A stretch of DNA of 64,000 bases. Source: Synechococcus sp. (lineage in GTDB: Bacteria; Cyanobacteriota; Cyanobacteriia; PCC-6307; Cyanobiaceae). The stretch covers positions 1,312,001 to 1,376,000 of the forward strand of contig JBJBCN010000002.1 in assembly GCA_047285805.1 (NCBI GenBank). The letters are read 5' to 3'. Below, in pieces: positions 10,461 through 19,876 of this stretch. The notes beneath the pieces are model-generated. The model had not been told where the DNA came from. It made no database searches and saw only the letters and a program-made list of their open reading frames with translations. The position numbers were made by a program, and so were the translations under genes. Numbering within the stretch: the stretch's first letter is position 1; each line of letters begins with the position of its first letter.

Positions 10461-10975
10461 TTATGAACGCTGATGGCGGACGTGACTGTTCACGCCCAGG
10501 CCATACAAGGCATCCAGCTCCCGGCAAGCGCCGAGAACAGCACCAACGTTTTCTGCTTGAGCGCAACCCCAACGGCCGCTTTGAGCTGACTGACCACCAA
10601 GCAAAATGCTGTCGTCGCTCAGCGAGCCTCTACCACTTTAGCCTCGATCCGAGCCAATGCTTTCTGGATCAACCGATAGCCCTGACTTCTTGAGCCCCCG
10701 CCCCACCGCTGTCGCGCATAAGTGACACATGAGCTCTTGGGGCTGCCTACCAGGATCAGTCACTGCAGCTTGTCAACTCGGTCTCTGGTGACTGAGGCGG
10801 TCTAACGAGGTGTGTCACTTCTAGGTCCAGGACATAAAGCAGAATTTCCCTGTGGGCCAAGGCCGTCATCCCGACTTAAATCGGTATAACCTTCTGCAGA
10901 ATGACCGGGGTGTGGGCTGTTGTGGCCGCAATCGCTTTTGCGACCGCGCATGGATCTCTGAGTTGATCATTCATT
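10461..10975 (-). pseudogene. Frameshifted relic of the element A TerS-like region (34437-34952)
   Basis: Colinear nucleotide similarity over ~500 bp (shared blocks such as ACTCGGTCTCTGGTGACTGAGGCGGTC and CCTGTGGGCCAAGGCCGTCATCCCGAC); indels, no intact ORF. Confidence 0.85.
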
Positions 10976-11834
10976 ACAGCCGCAAGCAATTGCCAGAGCC
11001 GCTGTACTGGGATCTAGCAGGGGAATAAAGAGAAATAGACATGACTGCGTTGAAAAAACAAGGCCGAGCGAGAGAGGCACTGTCAGCAGTAAATAATCCA
11101 ACAACCTATGGTTTAAAGCAGCACCCTGTCCACCGTCTTGATCGATCAGACTCGAAAAGCAGTACACCAAGACGCCTATCGAAAATCCATGAAGCGTTTT
11201 GCTTAGTGATCAATGCTTAAGTATCGGGTCCCATCCGGCAGGGGCCTTTTTTCTGACTTAGCAGAAGTCTCAAGCTTTACCCCCCTCCACCTGAGTTTAA
11301 TAATACGAGGACGAAGGCTATAGAACTAAAGGCAAGAAACAATGCCAAAAGGATTGACTCGAGCTTAAGCATAGCTAACGAGTGCTTAATCAACAAAAGA
11401 ACAATGCGAGATCCAACTTTAGCGCTTGTCGAATCGAAACCAAAACAAAAGACGCCTTTGGTAGTAATACTTGCTACATCAGAATGCACCTAAAGAGGGA
11501 TTCGATCGCATCCCATAGCAAACGAAGCAATGCTTGCCTAGAAAAAGATGCCCAAACCAAGAGGCAACAGGTGCAACATTTAACCAATGACTTGGCAGGT
11601 CATTCCGCATACCAGTTAGCCACCTAAAAGCCATCTATTTGAGCACTTGAAGGACAAATGCAACAAAGATCACGGATGGCGGGCAGAAATTAAGCGGGGA
11701 CTGAGTGACGCGAGGGGCCTAGGCAATCAACAGCCAAACGTAGTGTTTTCTGGATGGGAAAGCGAACCGACTTCCTCTTTTGGCTTGCCAGCAAGTCCGT
11801 TCTCCCATTGGGGCTGCCATCCAGTAAAGCCTCA

Positions 11835-11886
11835 CCCAACACCCTCCGACCCCGACTTCAACAAGTCGGGGTCGGAGGGTGTTGGG
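11835..11886. repeat. Perfect 24-bp inverted repeat with 4-nt loop
   Basis: CCCAACACCCTCCGACCCCGACTT-CAAC-AAGTCGGGGTCGGAGGGTGTTGGG. Confidence 0.95.
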
Positions 11887-12206
11887 CCCAACTGAGTGCA
11901 TCCGATGCTTGCAGTTAAACGCTGCAGGAAGCCTAGTTTGACAACACAATATTACATACAACTCGACTCAATCATGATATTGATTGATTTTGCTCACGGC
12001 AGCCAGGTATCAGGTCGCAACCGCATGCGATACACCAGAAGGAGGACTTTCTTCGGGTTGACCGAAAATCCAGACACGTACAACAAACAATCAGGCATAG
12101 GGAGTCAAAAACAATTTCAACAAGGCCTTGCATGCAAGTCAAAGAATAAGAAGAAATAGAGCGAGGAAAGCCTGCCGAGACTGACCAATATCACTTTTCC
12201 TTAGGA

Positions 12207-13223
12207 TTACATCCTAATTGGCCGTACTCGAGAATTACGACTGATTTTGCCCGCATTACTTTCCAGGATATCAGGTAGCAAGTTCCAGGCTATGGAAACA
12301 CCATCATTAGCTGTGAAAGCCGTCTCAATAAGCTGTTGATTGGCCCAGCTGATATCGAGAGTCGAATAAGTATTCTGAGCTGTCTTTCCACCTTGAATTA
12401 GACGCCTGGGTCCACCCCCTAAAGCTCCGAGGCAAATGAGGTCCAATTGACCTTTGCGACCCGAATACCATGCGTGTTGGTGGCCACTTATGTAACCATG
12501 AACATTGCCGGTCTCAAGAACATCGTGAATTAGAGATGAATTGGCCAGATACTCGCCTGGCTTGTCGCGACCTTGACTAATGCCAACTAGTGGCAGATGT
12601 CCGACCACAAACCTAAGTTTTGCTCGGTAGGCCGCTGGGCTTGCTAATTGTCGGCGTGCCCATGAAATTTGTTGTTGAGGTATAAATGCAGAACTCGCAT
12701 CCCAAACCAACCAGAACACATCGTCCTGCAGAACGGTGTAGTGGAAAGGGAAGTCAGCAATATCTACGAAGTTCAAACCCAAGGAATCACGCTGAGAATT
12801 CCAAAAGTGCCTTAACGAGGCTCGATCAAGCTCAAATCCTGGTGCACCATCATGGTTGCCAACTGCAGGCATGAAAGGGATTCCTGATCTACTTGCTGGA
12901 AGCAACACATTTCGAGCAAAGCTACCCCACATCGCATCGAGTCGAAATGATGATAATTCGCGCTTTTGACCAGCAATCATATCACCAGCACAAACGATCA
13001 GCGAGGGACGAAGAGATATGAGATGTTGCAATCCTTGCGAAACATGGGGAATATAGGTCAAAGATCCGTAGCTACTATTGAGATCGCTAATAAGGCCAAC
13101 CTTCAAATCAATCTGATCAGCACCGACATAATTAGCGGACTGAGCCTTCAGCACAGACGCGTTCACGCTTAGACCAGCAGCCAATCCGGCAACATGTAGA
13201 AATTGACGACGGGTCAAATGCAT
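12207..13223 (-). CDS. TAT-exported calcineurin-like metallophosphoesterase
   Basis: TRRQFL twin-arginine signal; SDLN, AGD, GNHD, GH, GHQH motifs. Confidence 0.88.
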   Translation of the reverse strand: MHLTRRQFLHVAGLAAGLSVNASVLKAQSANYVGADQIDLKVGLISDLNSSYGSLTYIPHVSQGLQHLISLRPSLIVCAGDMIAGQKRELSSFRLDAMWGSFARNVLLPASRSGIPFMPAVGNHDGAPGFELDRASLRHFWNSQRDSLGLNFVDIADFPFHYTVLQDDVFWLVWDASSAFIPQQQISWARRQLASPAAYRAKLRFVVGHLPLVGISQGRDKPGEYLANSSLIHDVLETGNVHGYISGHQHAWYSGRKGQLDLICLGALGGGPRRLIQGGKTAQNTYSTLDISWANQQLIETAFTANDGVSIAWNLLPDILESNAGKISRNSRVRPIRM

Positions 13224-13522
13224 AGCAAGACCAGAAGCAGGTGGCAGAGCAGGGCATTGAGTCAATTCCCACGGAAAGCACTATAGACATAATTGACAGA
13301 CAAAAACAAACCAAGATGCTGATGTCAATATCAAGCTGTCTTAAGACTTTCACTCATCCTTGAGAACAAGGTCAACTAAACGAATAATGCCCCTCAACTC
13401 AGTACAGGCTAATGTCTCAATTGTCACAACCTGATGCATCGATTGACGCCGCTCCCCTGATTCTGTACAGCAAGATTGATCCGAAGTCATTTTTATGACT
13501 TACCTCTTTGGTGTGAGGACCA

Positions 13523-15133
13523 ATGAAACTGTTCCAGAAGCTTCTTCTGGCGCCTGCAGCACTGGGCCTTCTGGCTCCTGTCGCTGCAAACGCCGCTGAC
13601 GTCAACATTGCTGGCCTGAGCCAGTACGGCGTCGAAGAGCAGGTGACTTCGATCACCCAGTTCTCCGACGTGCAGCCCACCGACTGGGCTTATCAGGCAC
13701 TGAGCAACCTGATCGAGCGCTACGGCTGCGTCGCTGGTTACCCCAACGGCACCTATCGCGGCAACCGTGCGATGACCCGCTATGAAGCGGCCGCACTGCT
13801 GAACGCTTGCCTCGACCGGATCACTGAGGTGACTGACGAGCTCAAGCGCCTGATGAAGGAATTCGAGCGTGAGCTGGCTGTGCTCCGCGGCCGCGTTGAT
13901 GGCCTCGAGGCCCGCGTCGGCGAACTGGAAGCTACTCAGTTCTCCACTACTACCAAGTTACGCGGCAAGGCTGATTTTGTCGTTGGTGGGGGGGCCTACA
14001 CGGGTGATACCTCAGGTCTGACAACATCCAGTGGTAAGTACACCGGTCAAGATGTTGTCACGTTCAACTACCGCTTGACCCTAAATCTCGATACAAGCTT
14101 TACGGGCAAAGACCTCCTTTACACCAGACTGCGGTCTGGCAACTTCAACAAAAACTTCTTCTCGGGCAAGGGCTACACAGGCAACCAAACAATGCTCAAT
14201 GTTGCCAAGGAGACTGGCAACATCCTTAAGGTCGACAAGCTCTGGTATCAATTCCCAGTTGGCAATGAGCTCAAGGTCTGGGTTGGACCACTGATCGAGA
14301 ATTACTACATGCTGGGCAGCACACCCAGTGTTTATCGACCCATCCTCAAACAGTTCAAGCTTGGCGGTTACTACGGAGTTTATGGCGCGAGCACATCACC
14401 TGGAGCCGGTGTCAGCTGGAAGCAAGCCTACAAAGGAAGTGGGATGCCACGCTTTAGCGTAAGTGCAAACTACACAGCGAAAAATGGTGGCAATGGTAAT
14501 GGTGGTATTGGCACAGATCAGTCCAAAGGAAAATTCTTAGCTCAAGCTGGATATGGCACCAACTTTTGGAACCTGACTGCTGCCTATGCCTACATCCAGA
14601 AGGGTGCGACTGTCGGCTACGGCACACCGCTCGGTGCAAATACCAATGTTGTGGGGAGCGGCAACAAATCCGTATCACGCGGATTTGATTCGGCAAATGC
14701 CGTTGCTCTGAATGCCTGGTGGCAACCTCAGAACCGTGGCTGGATTCCTGCAGTCAGCGCAGGCTGGGGTTTGACTGCCTTTGACAGCTCCGAAACCGAA
14801 TTCGGTACTGGTGAAAAATTCCAGACTCAGGACTGGATGGTTGGCTTGGGATGGAAAGATGCTTTCGTTAAGGGCAACCTTCTAGGCTTTGCCATCGGTC
14901 AGCCTCAGTTTGAGACAGGACGCTCCGGCAACACAACTCCCCAAGACGGGAATTACGCAATGGAGCTCTATTACCAATACGCAGTGTCTGACAACGTCAC
15001 TGTTACTCCTGCTGTCTATTACCTGTCTCGCCCCTTCGGTGAGCTGACTGGCACGAACGATACCTACGGCGGAACTGGTGCTGATTCATTCGGCGCCCTT
15101 GGCGCTTTGGTCAAGACCACCTTCAAATTCTGA
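13523..15133 (+). CDS. som: Som-type outer membrane porin with SLH domain
   Basis: MKLFQKLLLAPAALGL, FSDVQPTDWAYQAL, FSTTTKL, C-terminal TTFKF. Confidence 0.95.
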   Translation: MKLFQKLLLAPAALGLLAPVAANAADVNIAGLSQYGVEEQVTSITQFSDVQPTDWAYQALSNLIERYGCVAGYPNGTYRGNRAMTRYEAAALLNACLDRITEVTDELKRLMKEFERELAVLRGRVDGLEARVGELEATQFSTTTKLRGKADFVVGGGAYTGDTSGLTTSSGKYTGQDVVTFNYRLTLNLDTSFTGKDLLYTRLRSGNFNKNFFSGKGYTGNQTMLNVAKETGNILKVDKLWYQFPVGNELKVWVGPLIENYYMLGSTPSVYRPILKQFKLGGYYGVYGASTSPGAGVSWKQAYKGSGMPRFSVSANYTAKNGGNGNGGIGTDQSKGKFLAQAGYGTNFWNLTAAYAYIQKGATVGYGTPLGANTNVVGSGNKSVSRGFDSANAVALNAWWQPQNRGWIPAVSAGWGLTAFDSSETEFGTGEKFQTQDWMVGLGWKDAFVKGNLLGFAIGQPQFETGRSGNTTPQDGNYAMELYYQYAVSDNVTVTPAVYYLSRPFGELTGTNDTYGGTGADSFGALGALVKTTFKF

Positions 15134-15149
15134 CCCTCACAGAATCACT

Positions 15150-15174
15150 GGCCTCCGAAAGGAGGCCTTTTTTA
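15150..15174 (+). terminator. Porin terminator
   Basis: GGCCTCC-GAAA-GGAGGCC followed by a T run. Confidence 0.9.
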
Positions 15175-15218
15175 TTGCCATAAAAAGCCCTCGGCTAGGA
15201 GGGCTTCAGAAGTAAGAA

Positions 15219-15449
15219 CTACCAACAATTCTCACCTTCTCCAATCGGCACACAAACCTCTTCTTGCTCGGCTTTCTCCTTGAAAGCTTTTAGCTCAGCA
15301 TCTGGCTTGGCCTCATCATCAACTTCTTGGTCAGTCGTCCACTCTTGAAAGCCTCCTTGAGGCGAAGACTGGGAGAATGCAGGAATGGCTGCCTGGGTCG
15401 AAAGAGCTGCTGTCGCCGCCAAAAGAATTGCAGCAGGGGATCTTTTCAT
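15219..15449 (-). CDS. Small secreted hypothetical protein
   Basis: Signal peptide, C-terminal CVPIGEGENCW, own terminator at 15182-15206. Confidence 0.7.
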   Translation of the reverse strand: MKRSPAAILLAATAALSTQAAIPAFSQSSPQGGFQEWTTDQEVDDEAKPDAELKAFKEKAEQEEVCVPIGEGENCW

Positions 15450-16294
15450 TTGGGTAATTGGTTTGACTCAATTATAGGACTTTCTGACCCATAAAGAGCC
15501 CCTGTAAACACAGTACTATCAGCTTGAAAGTCTTCGTAGAGCATTGGTGTAAGCCTGAAACACAAGATCGAGTTCTTCACTCCTCCCATGCTTTGCAAGG
15601 AGTCCCTTTGCCCCTGCATTTAAAGAAAGTAGGATTTGACGATCTTCCGCCGACTTGAGGTAGCTTTTTATCCGGACGCCACAAGCGGACCTCACTCCTT
15701 CTTCTATCTTACAAAGACGATGAATCGGTGAGTTTGGGTAGATGAAGAAATCGCCTATTTGTATAAGCTAGCTTTCGTCGAAATCAAGCCTTCAACTTGA
15801 AGCTGCCCCCTCATAGGCATCAAGATCACTTACGAAAACCGTAAATGAAAGATCTCTTCTGCGATAAGCGGTGAATGGGTTGTCTAAATACCAACCATAA
15901 CCAGATTCACACTTTGAAAGGATCATGCCGTGGATTCGCTCGGTATTGAAAAACTTGTACAAGGAGTTGGGTCAGTATCTTTTCGTTGATAAATCAGGAA
16001 ATTCTTTGGCAAGACTCGCTTGAAAGATATAGCTGCTGATTCTTTTTGACGGGTAATGCCTGAGCGCTGGCCCCCAAGCATCCATCCGCCAACTGGCGAG
16101 GTTCTAGACAGGTTCTTACTTGAACTTTTTAGACTTATAGCTGGAAATTACCTCTGCGGCAAGGACATCCATACGCGCATTAGCTTTTACAAGATTTAGT
16201 GCAGTTAACGTGGCAGATCAGACCTGAGCAGGTGATAAAAGTCACTAGAGACAAGTCTCCCCAGAGCTAAGATGAAGAAAGCAAAGGAAACTAA

Positions 16295-17296
16295 ATGAAA
16301 AGATACATCCTGCCTCTTCTTTCCCTTTGGGTTGCAGCTCCAGCACTTACACAAGCGGCGGAAGTTCGTGTTTATTCTGGTCGTCACTATAACTCGGATC
16401 GCAAAGTCTTCAAAAAGTTCTCCGACCTGACAGGTATCAGGGTTCGACTTCTTGAGGCAACAGGCATCTCATTGGTTGAACGACTCAAACGCGAAGGAGA
16501 TCGAGCTAATGCCGATGTGATCATTCTAGTTGACGCTGCACGGATTCAATCAGCGGCAGATCAGGGTCTCTTGCAGTCATCAGCGACCGATGTTCTGGTT
16601 CGCCAGGTTCCAAGTGAATATCGGGATCCAAAGGGGAGATGGTTTGGAATGACGCGCCGCATTAGGGGAATAATTGTCAATCCAAATCGTGTTGATAGCG
16701 AATTAATTCAAGGCTATGGTGATCTCACCTCTCCAAATCTGAATGGTGAGCTGTGCTTGAGAAAGCGAAAGAATGTGTACAATCAATCGCTAGTTGCCAG
16801 CCAAATCGCCCTAAACGGACAGGCCAAAACCAAGCAATGGCTTAATGGGATGCTGCGAAATGTTTCCGAGCCATTCTTTTCTAGTGACACAGCATTGATA
16901 CGAGCAGTCGCCCAGGGCAAATGCGGAGTTGGTGTTGTCAATCACTACTACTTGGCTAGAATGCAAGCTGGCGGGAATGGAAAACGGGATTCTGAATTAT
17001 CCAAGAATGTCGAACTGATACTACCCAGACCTGCACATGTCAACATTAGTGCCATCGGAATCGCGGCCTCTGCCAAGAACTACAAGGAAGCAATCCAACT
17101 TACGGAGTTTTTAACATCCAATCGCGGAAGCTCTGCCCTCTCGAGCTCTACCTATGAATACCCAATATTGGGGAATAGTTCTTCTAGCAAGCTCAAAGAA
17201 TATGGAGCTTTTACACCAGATGGGGTATCGATTAGCAATCTCTCGAAGCAGCTGAAACCAGCTCTAACTCTAATGACTAAAAGCGGCTGGAAGTAA
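16295..17296 (+). CDS. futA: Fe(III) ABC transporter substrate-binding protein (FutA/IdiA)
   Basis: VYSGRHY, ADVIILVDAARI, YNQSL, VNHYY motifs. Confidence 0.88.
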   Translation: MKRYILPLLSLWVAAPALTQAAEVRVYSGRHYNSDRKVFKKFSDLTGIRVRLLEATGISLVERLKREGDRANADVIILVDAARIQSAADQGLLQSSATDVLVRQVPSEYRDPKGRWFGMTRRIRGIIVNPNRVDSELIQGYGDLTSPNLNGELCLRKRKNVYNQSLVASQIALNGQAKTKQWLNGMLRNVSEPFFSSDTALIRAVAQGKCGVGVVNHYYLARMQAGGNGKRDSELSKNVELILPRPAHVNISAIGIAASAKNYKEAIQLTEFLTSNRGSSALSSSTYEYPILGNSSSSKLKEYGAFTPDGVSISNLSKQLKPALTLMTKSGWK

Positions 17297-17407
17297 CTCG
17301 GAGCTCTCCACACAATCGAATCAACAGATGGGTCGACCATGGGCGAATGCCGGTTGTGAATCAAAAATTTTCGCCAGGTTTAGCCACTGCAAATCTCTTT
17401 AGAGGCC

Positions 17408-18370
17408 TCAGCCCAACCTCAGCGACGAGCTATCTGCAGGGTTGGCGGCGACGTAGCCACCAGTCGTCGACGCCGATGAATGGGCCAGCGTGCATTGCAG
17501 AGTGAACACGTCCCACCCCCTACGAATGGTATGGGTCGCGTGAGTGTGCCGGCACCTGTACGGGTGAAGCAGGCCCCCCGCCTCTTGGCCCCACTTGGCC
17601 ATTAGACCGGCCACGGCCTGACGGGTCAGCGGACCATCCCGACGATCAGACGGGAAGAGCCATTCCTCCACCTCACCGCGGCCGAGCGACTCGAACAGCG
17701 CGAGCGTCTCCTTACTTGTACGAACGGTGCGGGCCTTTGATCCCTTCCCAAGCAAATGAATCTGGGCACCGTCTTCCAGGGGCTCGCTGTCCTGCCAGCG
17801 CAAACGGCACAACTCGGTGACGCGACAACCGATCAGGTAGCGGCCTTTGACCATGACGAAGTCGCGCGCGGCTGTCCCACGGCCCTGGCCGTCGGCCGCC
17901 TTGGCAATCGTGGCCAGCACCATGCCCAACTCGTCATCGGTCAAAGCCTTGGCGAGCTTTGGAGCGTGCAGGGTGGCTCGGCGCGGCATCAGGTTTCGGG
18001 GAACTTCCGTCACCGCAGACCGGGTGGGCTCGGAGGCCCAGCGGTACATGGCACTGACGGCAGTGATGCGGCGGTTGAAACTGCGCGGCTTGAGTTCGTC
18101 AGCCGACACCATTTCCAGCAGCGAGGACACCCAGTCATCCACGAGGGCCGGGTCCAACTCCCGTAAGTGCAGGTGGGGGTGCAGCTCATCTCGCCAGCGG
18201 ACGAACGGGCGCAGCTCGCGGGCGTAGCCGTTGATGGTCTCCTGGCTCCCGGTGCGGCTGCACTGTTCAAGGAAACGCTTCAAAAGAAGGTCGTCTCCCC
18301 ACAGCACGGCCCCTGCCGTGGCGGCGTCGAACAGACGCGAGACGTACGCCAAAGCCTCCGCCTTATCCAT
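17408..18370 (-). CDS. XerC-like tyrosine recombinase of element C, probably decaying
   Basis: Close paralogue of 36282-37253; HxxR reads YRCR, LGH reads LAH. Confidence 0.85.
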   Translation of the reverse strand: MDKAEALAYVSRLFDAATAGAVLWGDDLLLKRFLEQCSRTGSQETINGYARELRPFVRWRDELHPHLHLRELDPALVDDWVSSLLEMVSADELKPRSFNRRITAVSAMYRWASEPTRSAVTEVPRNLMPRRATLHAPKLAKALTDDELGMVLATIAKAADGQGRGTAARDFVMVKGRYLIGCRVTELCRLRWQDSEPLEDGAQIHLLGKGSKARTVRTSKETLALFESLGRGEVEEWLFPSDRRDGPLTRQAVAGLMAKWGQEAGGLLHPYRCRHTHATHTIRRGWDVFTLQCTLAHSSASTTGGYVAANPADSSSLRLG

Positions 18371-18394
18371 GCCGTCGAGCAGGGGAGGAAGCTC

Positions 18395-18416
18395 TTTGCG
18401 TGCAGTTTTGCGTGCA
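18395..18416 (+). repeat. Arm-type direct repeat at the element C right end
   Basis: TTTGCGTGCA twice, same position relative to att and Xer gene as the element A right-end repeats. Confidence 0.7.
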
Positions 18417-18470
18417 ACCGGTTTTCGAGCTTCTGACGTAATCGCCAGATCGGTTGCGGCGGAATGATTG

Positions 18471-18510
18471 AAGGGGCCTTCCAGCCCCAGCGGATCATTT
18501 GGTTGATAAG
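18471..18510 (-). repeat. att copy (tmRNA 3' end duplicate), C/B junction
   Basis: AAGGGGCCTTCCAGCCCCAGCGGATCATTTGGTTGATAAG versus 37352-37391. Confidence 0.95.
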
Positions 18511-18613
18511 ACTGAGTGCCCCCAAAGCGGCACAGTTCTTTTCAGGCAGATGTCTTTCTAAGCCTGAGTTTACGAAAGCCACCCACAGCAAACGAAAGCT
18601 TGCGGGAGCTATT

Positions 18614-18636
18614 TTATCCGGAGAATTATCCGGGGA
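18614..18636 (+). repeat. Arm-type repeats, element B left end
   Basis: TTATCCGGAGA-A-TTATCCGGGGA directly before the integrase ATG. Confidence 0.8.
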
Positions 18637-18637
18637 G

Positions 18638-19876
18638 ATGGCCGCCGAAGCTTGGGAAAAGGGTTTCCGCGCTGCGATAAAAACCGGGAGACAGGGGTGG
18701 GGAGTAAGCAACGACAAGAGCACAGGCCGAGTGCGCCTAAAACTCCAGTTCCCAAAGGCGGGGGACTGGCCAAGCAATAGCTCGGTCAACCTGCCTTACG
18801 CCTGGACGCCAGCGTCGATCAACCCGGTGATCCAACTCGTCAATGCGGCCTATGGACCTGTCATGGAAGGTCAGGTCCCGCTCAAGGCGGCGATTGAGAA
18901 CCTGCTAGCCATAAGCGATCAAAAAGCTGATCTGGTGCGTACAGCCTGGCCAGGCATTGCGAGATCCTTCCGCACCAAAAAGCTAAGCACAGGAAATCGA
19001 ATAGCCGATAGCACTTACAGCGCTTCCTATGGGCGCTACATAGAAGTGGCCTTGCAACACCTGCAGGGTCCCAAGTCTGCTCAAACAGGAAAAGCGCTGA
19101 TCGAGCGTGTACTAATCCATCAACGAACCAACAAGAAGCCCGGCAAGCGTTTCGGAGAGCAGCTCACCCCCTGGATCGATCAGCCGAAATCCCGCATGCA
19201 GTGCTGCCTAGCGCTGAAACTGTTCCTTGAGTTTGCGGTTGCCGAGCATCGACAAGCGCAGTCCTTTCTGATCATCGAAAAGGACTACCTCCAGCTTCGT
19301 GGTGGTGATGGAAGGACAAGAAAGAAGGCAGTCCTTACAGATGCGCAGATATGCGAGCTCATCAGACTGCTCCCAGAGCACTGGAGCAACGTAGTGAAGG
19401 TGTGCCGATTGTTTGGCGTAAGGCCATGGGAGATCAACTTCATCGAACGACGCATCAACCCGGGGGGCGAACAACAGCTATTCGTCAGGAAGGGCAAAGA
19501 AGTCACCAGCCGAAGCGGTGTCAAAGAAGAAACTGAGCCCCGCTGGTTAGAAGCGGTGGCCATTGATGGAACGACATTTGGACTTGTCGAGAAGTGGGAG
19601 AGCTTGAAGCTTCCCGCAAGAGTCAGCGGGGCGAACCTAGGCGCCAGGTTGCGAAGGCTCCAGTACTGGAATTGTCTCGTTGAGGAATTCAAGGCCAACG
19701 GAGAATGGCTGCGTCCGTACTCGTTCCGAGACACCTTCAGCGTGCGTGCGCACGACCTGAACATCAGCAGCACAAACATCGCTCAAGCAATGGGCCACAG
19801 CGTTGAGGTCCATCACCGAAGCTATAGGACTTCGGAGTGGAAGGGCGTCAGAAAAGCCTTCCTCCGAGCTAGCTAA
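18638..19876 (+). CDS. Tyrosine integrase of element B
   Basis: FGVRPWE, RPYSFRD, AMGHS....H..SY catalytic motifs; adjacent to att. Confidence 0.9.
   Translation: MAAEAWEKGFRAAIKTGRQGWGVSNDKSTGRVRLKLQFPKAGDWPSNSSVNLPYAWTPASINPVIQLVNAAYGPVMEGQVPLKAAIENLLAISDQKADLVRTAWPGIARSFRTKKLSTGNRIADSTYSASYGRYIEVALQHLQGPKSAQTGKALIERVLIHQRTNKKPGKRFGEQLTPWIDQPKSRMQCCLALKLFLEFAVAEHRQAQSFLIIEKDYLQLRGGDGRTRKKAVLTDAQICELIRLLPEHWSNVVKVCRLFGVRPWEINFIERRINPGGEQQLFVRKGKEVTSRSGVKEETEPRWLEAVAIDGTTFGLVEKWESLKLPARVSGANLGARLRRLQYWNCLVEEFKANGEWLRPYSFRDTFSVRAHDLNISSTNIAQAMGHSVEVHHRSYRTSEWKGVRKAFLRAS

Noticed and set aside
13330..13400. Pho box between the phosphoesterase and porin
   Set aside because: Only one weak CTTAA half-site; no clear 11-bp periodic repeats
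15500..16200. Possible pseudogene between the small secreted gene and futA
   Set aside because: Stops in all frames and no family I can recognise
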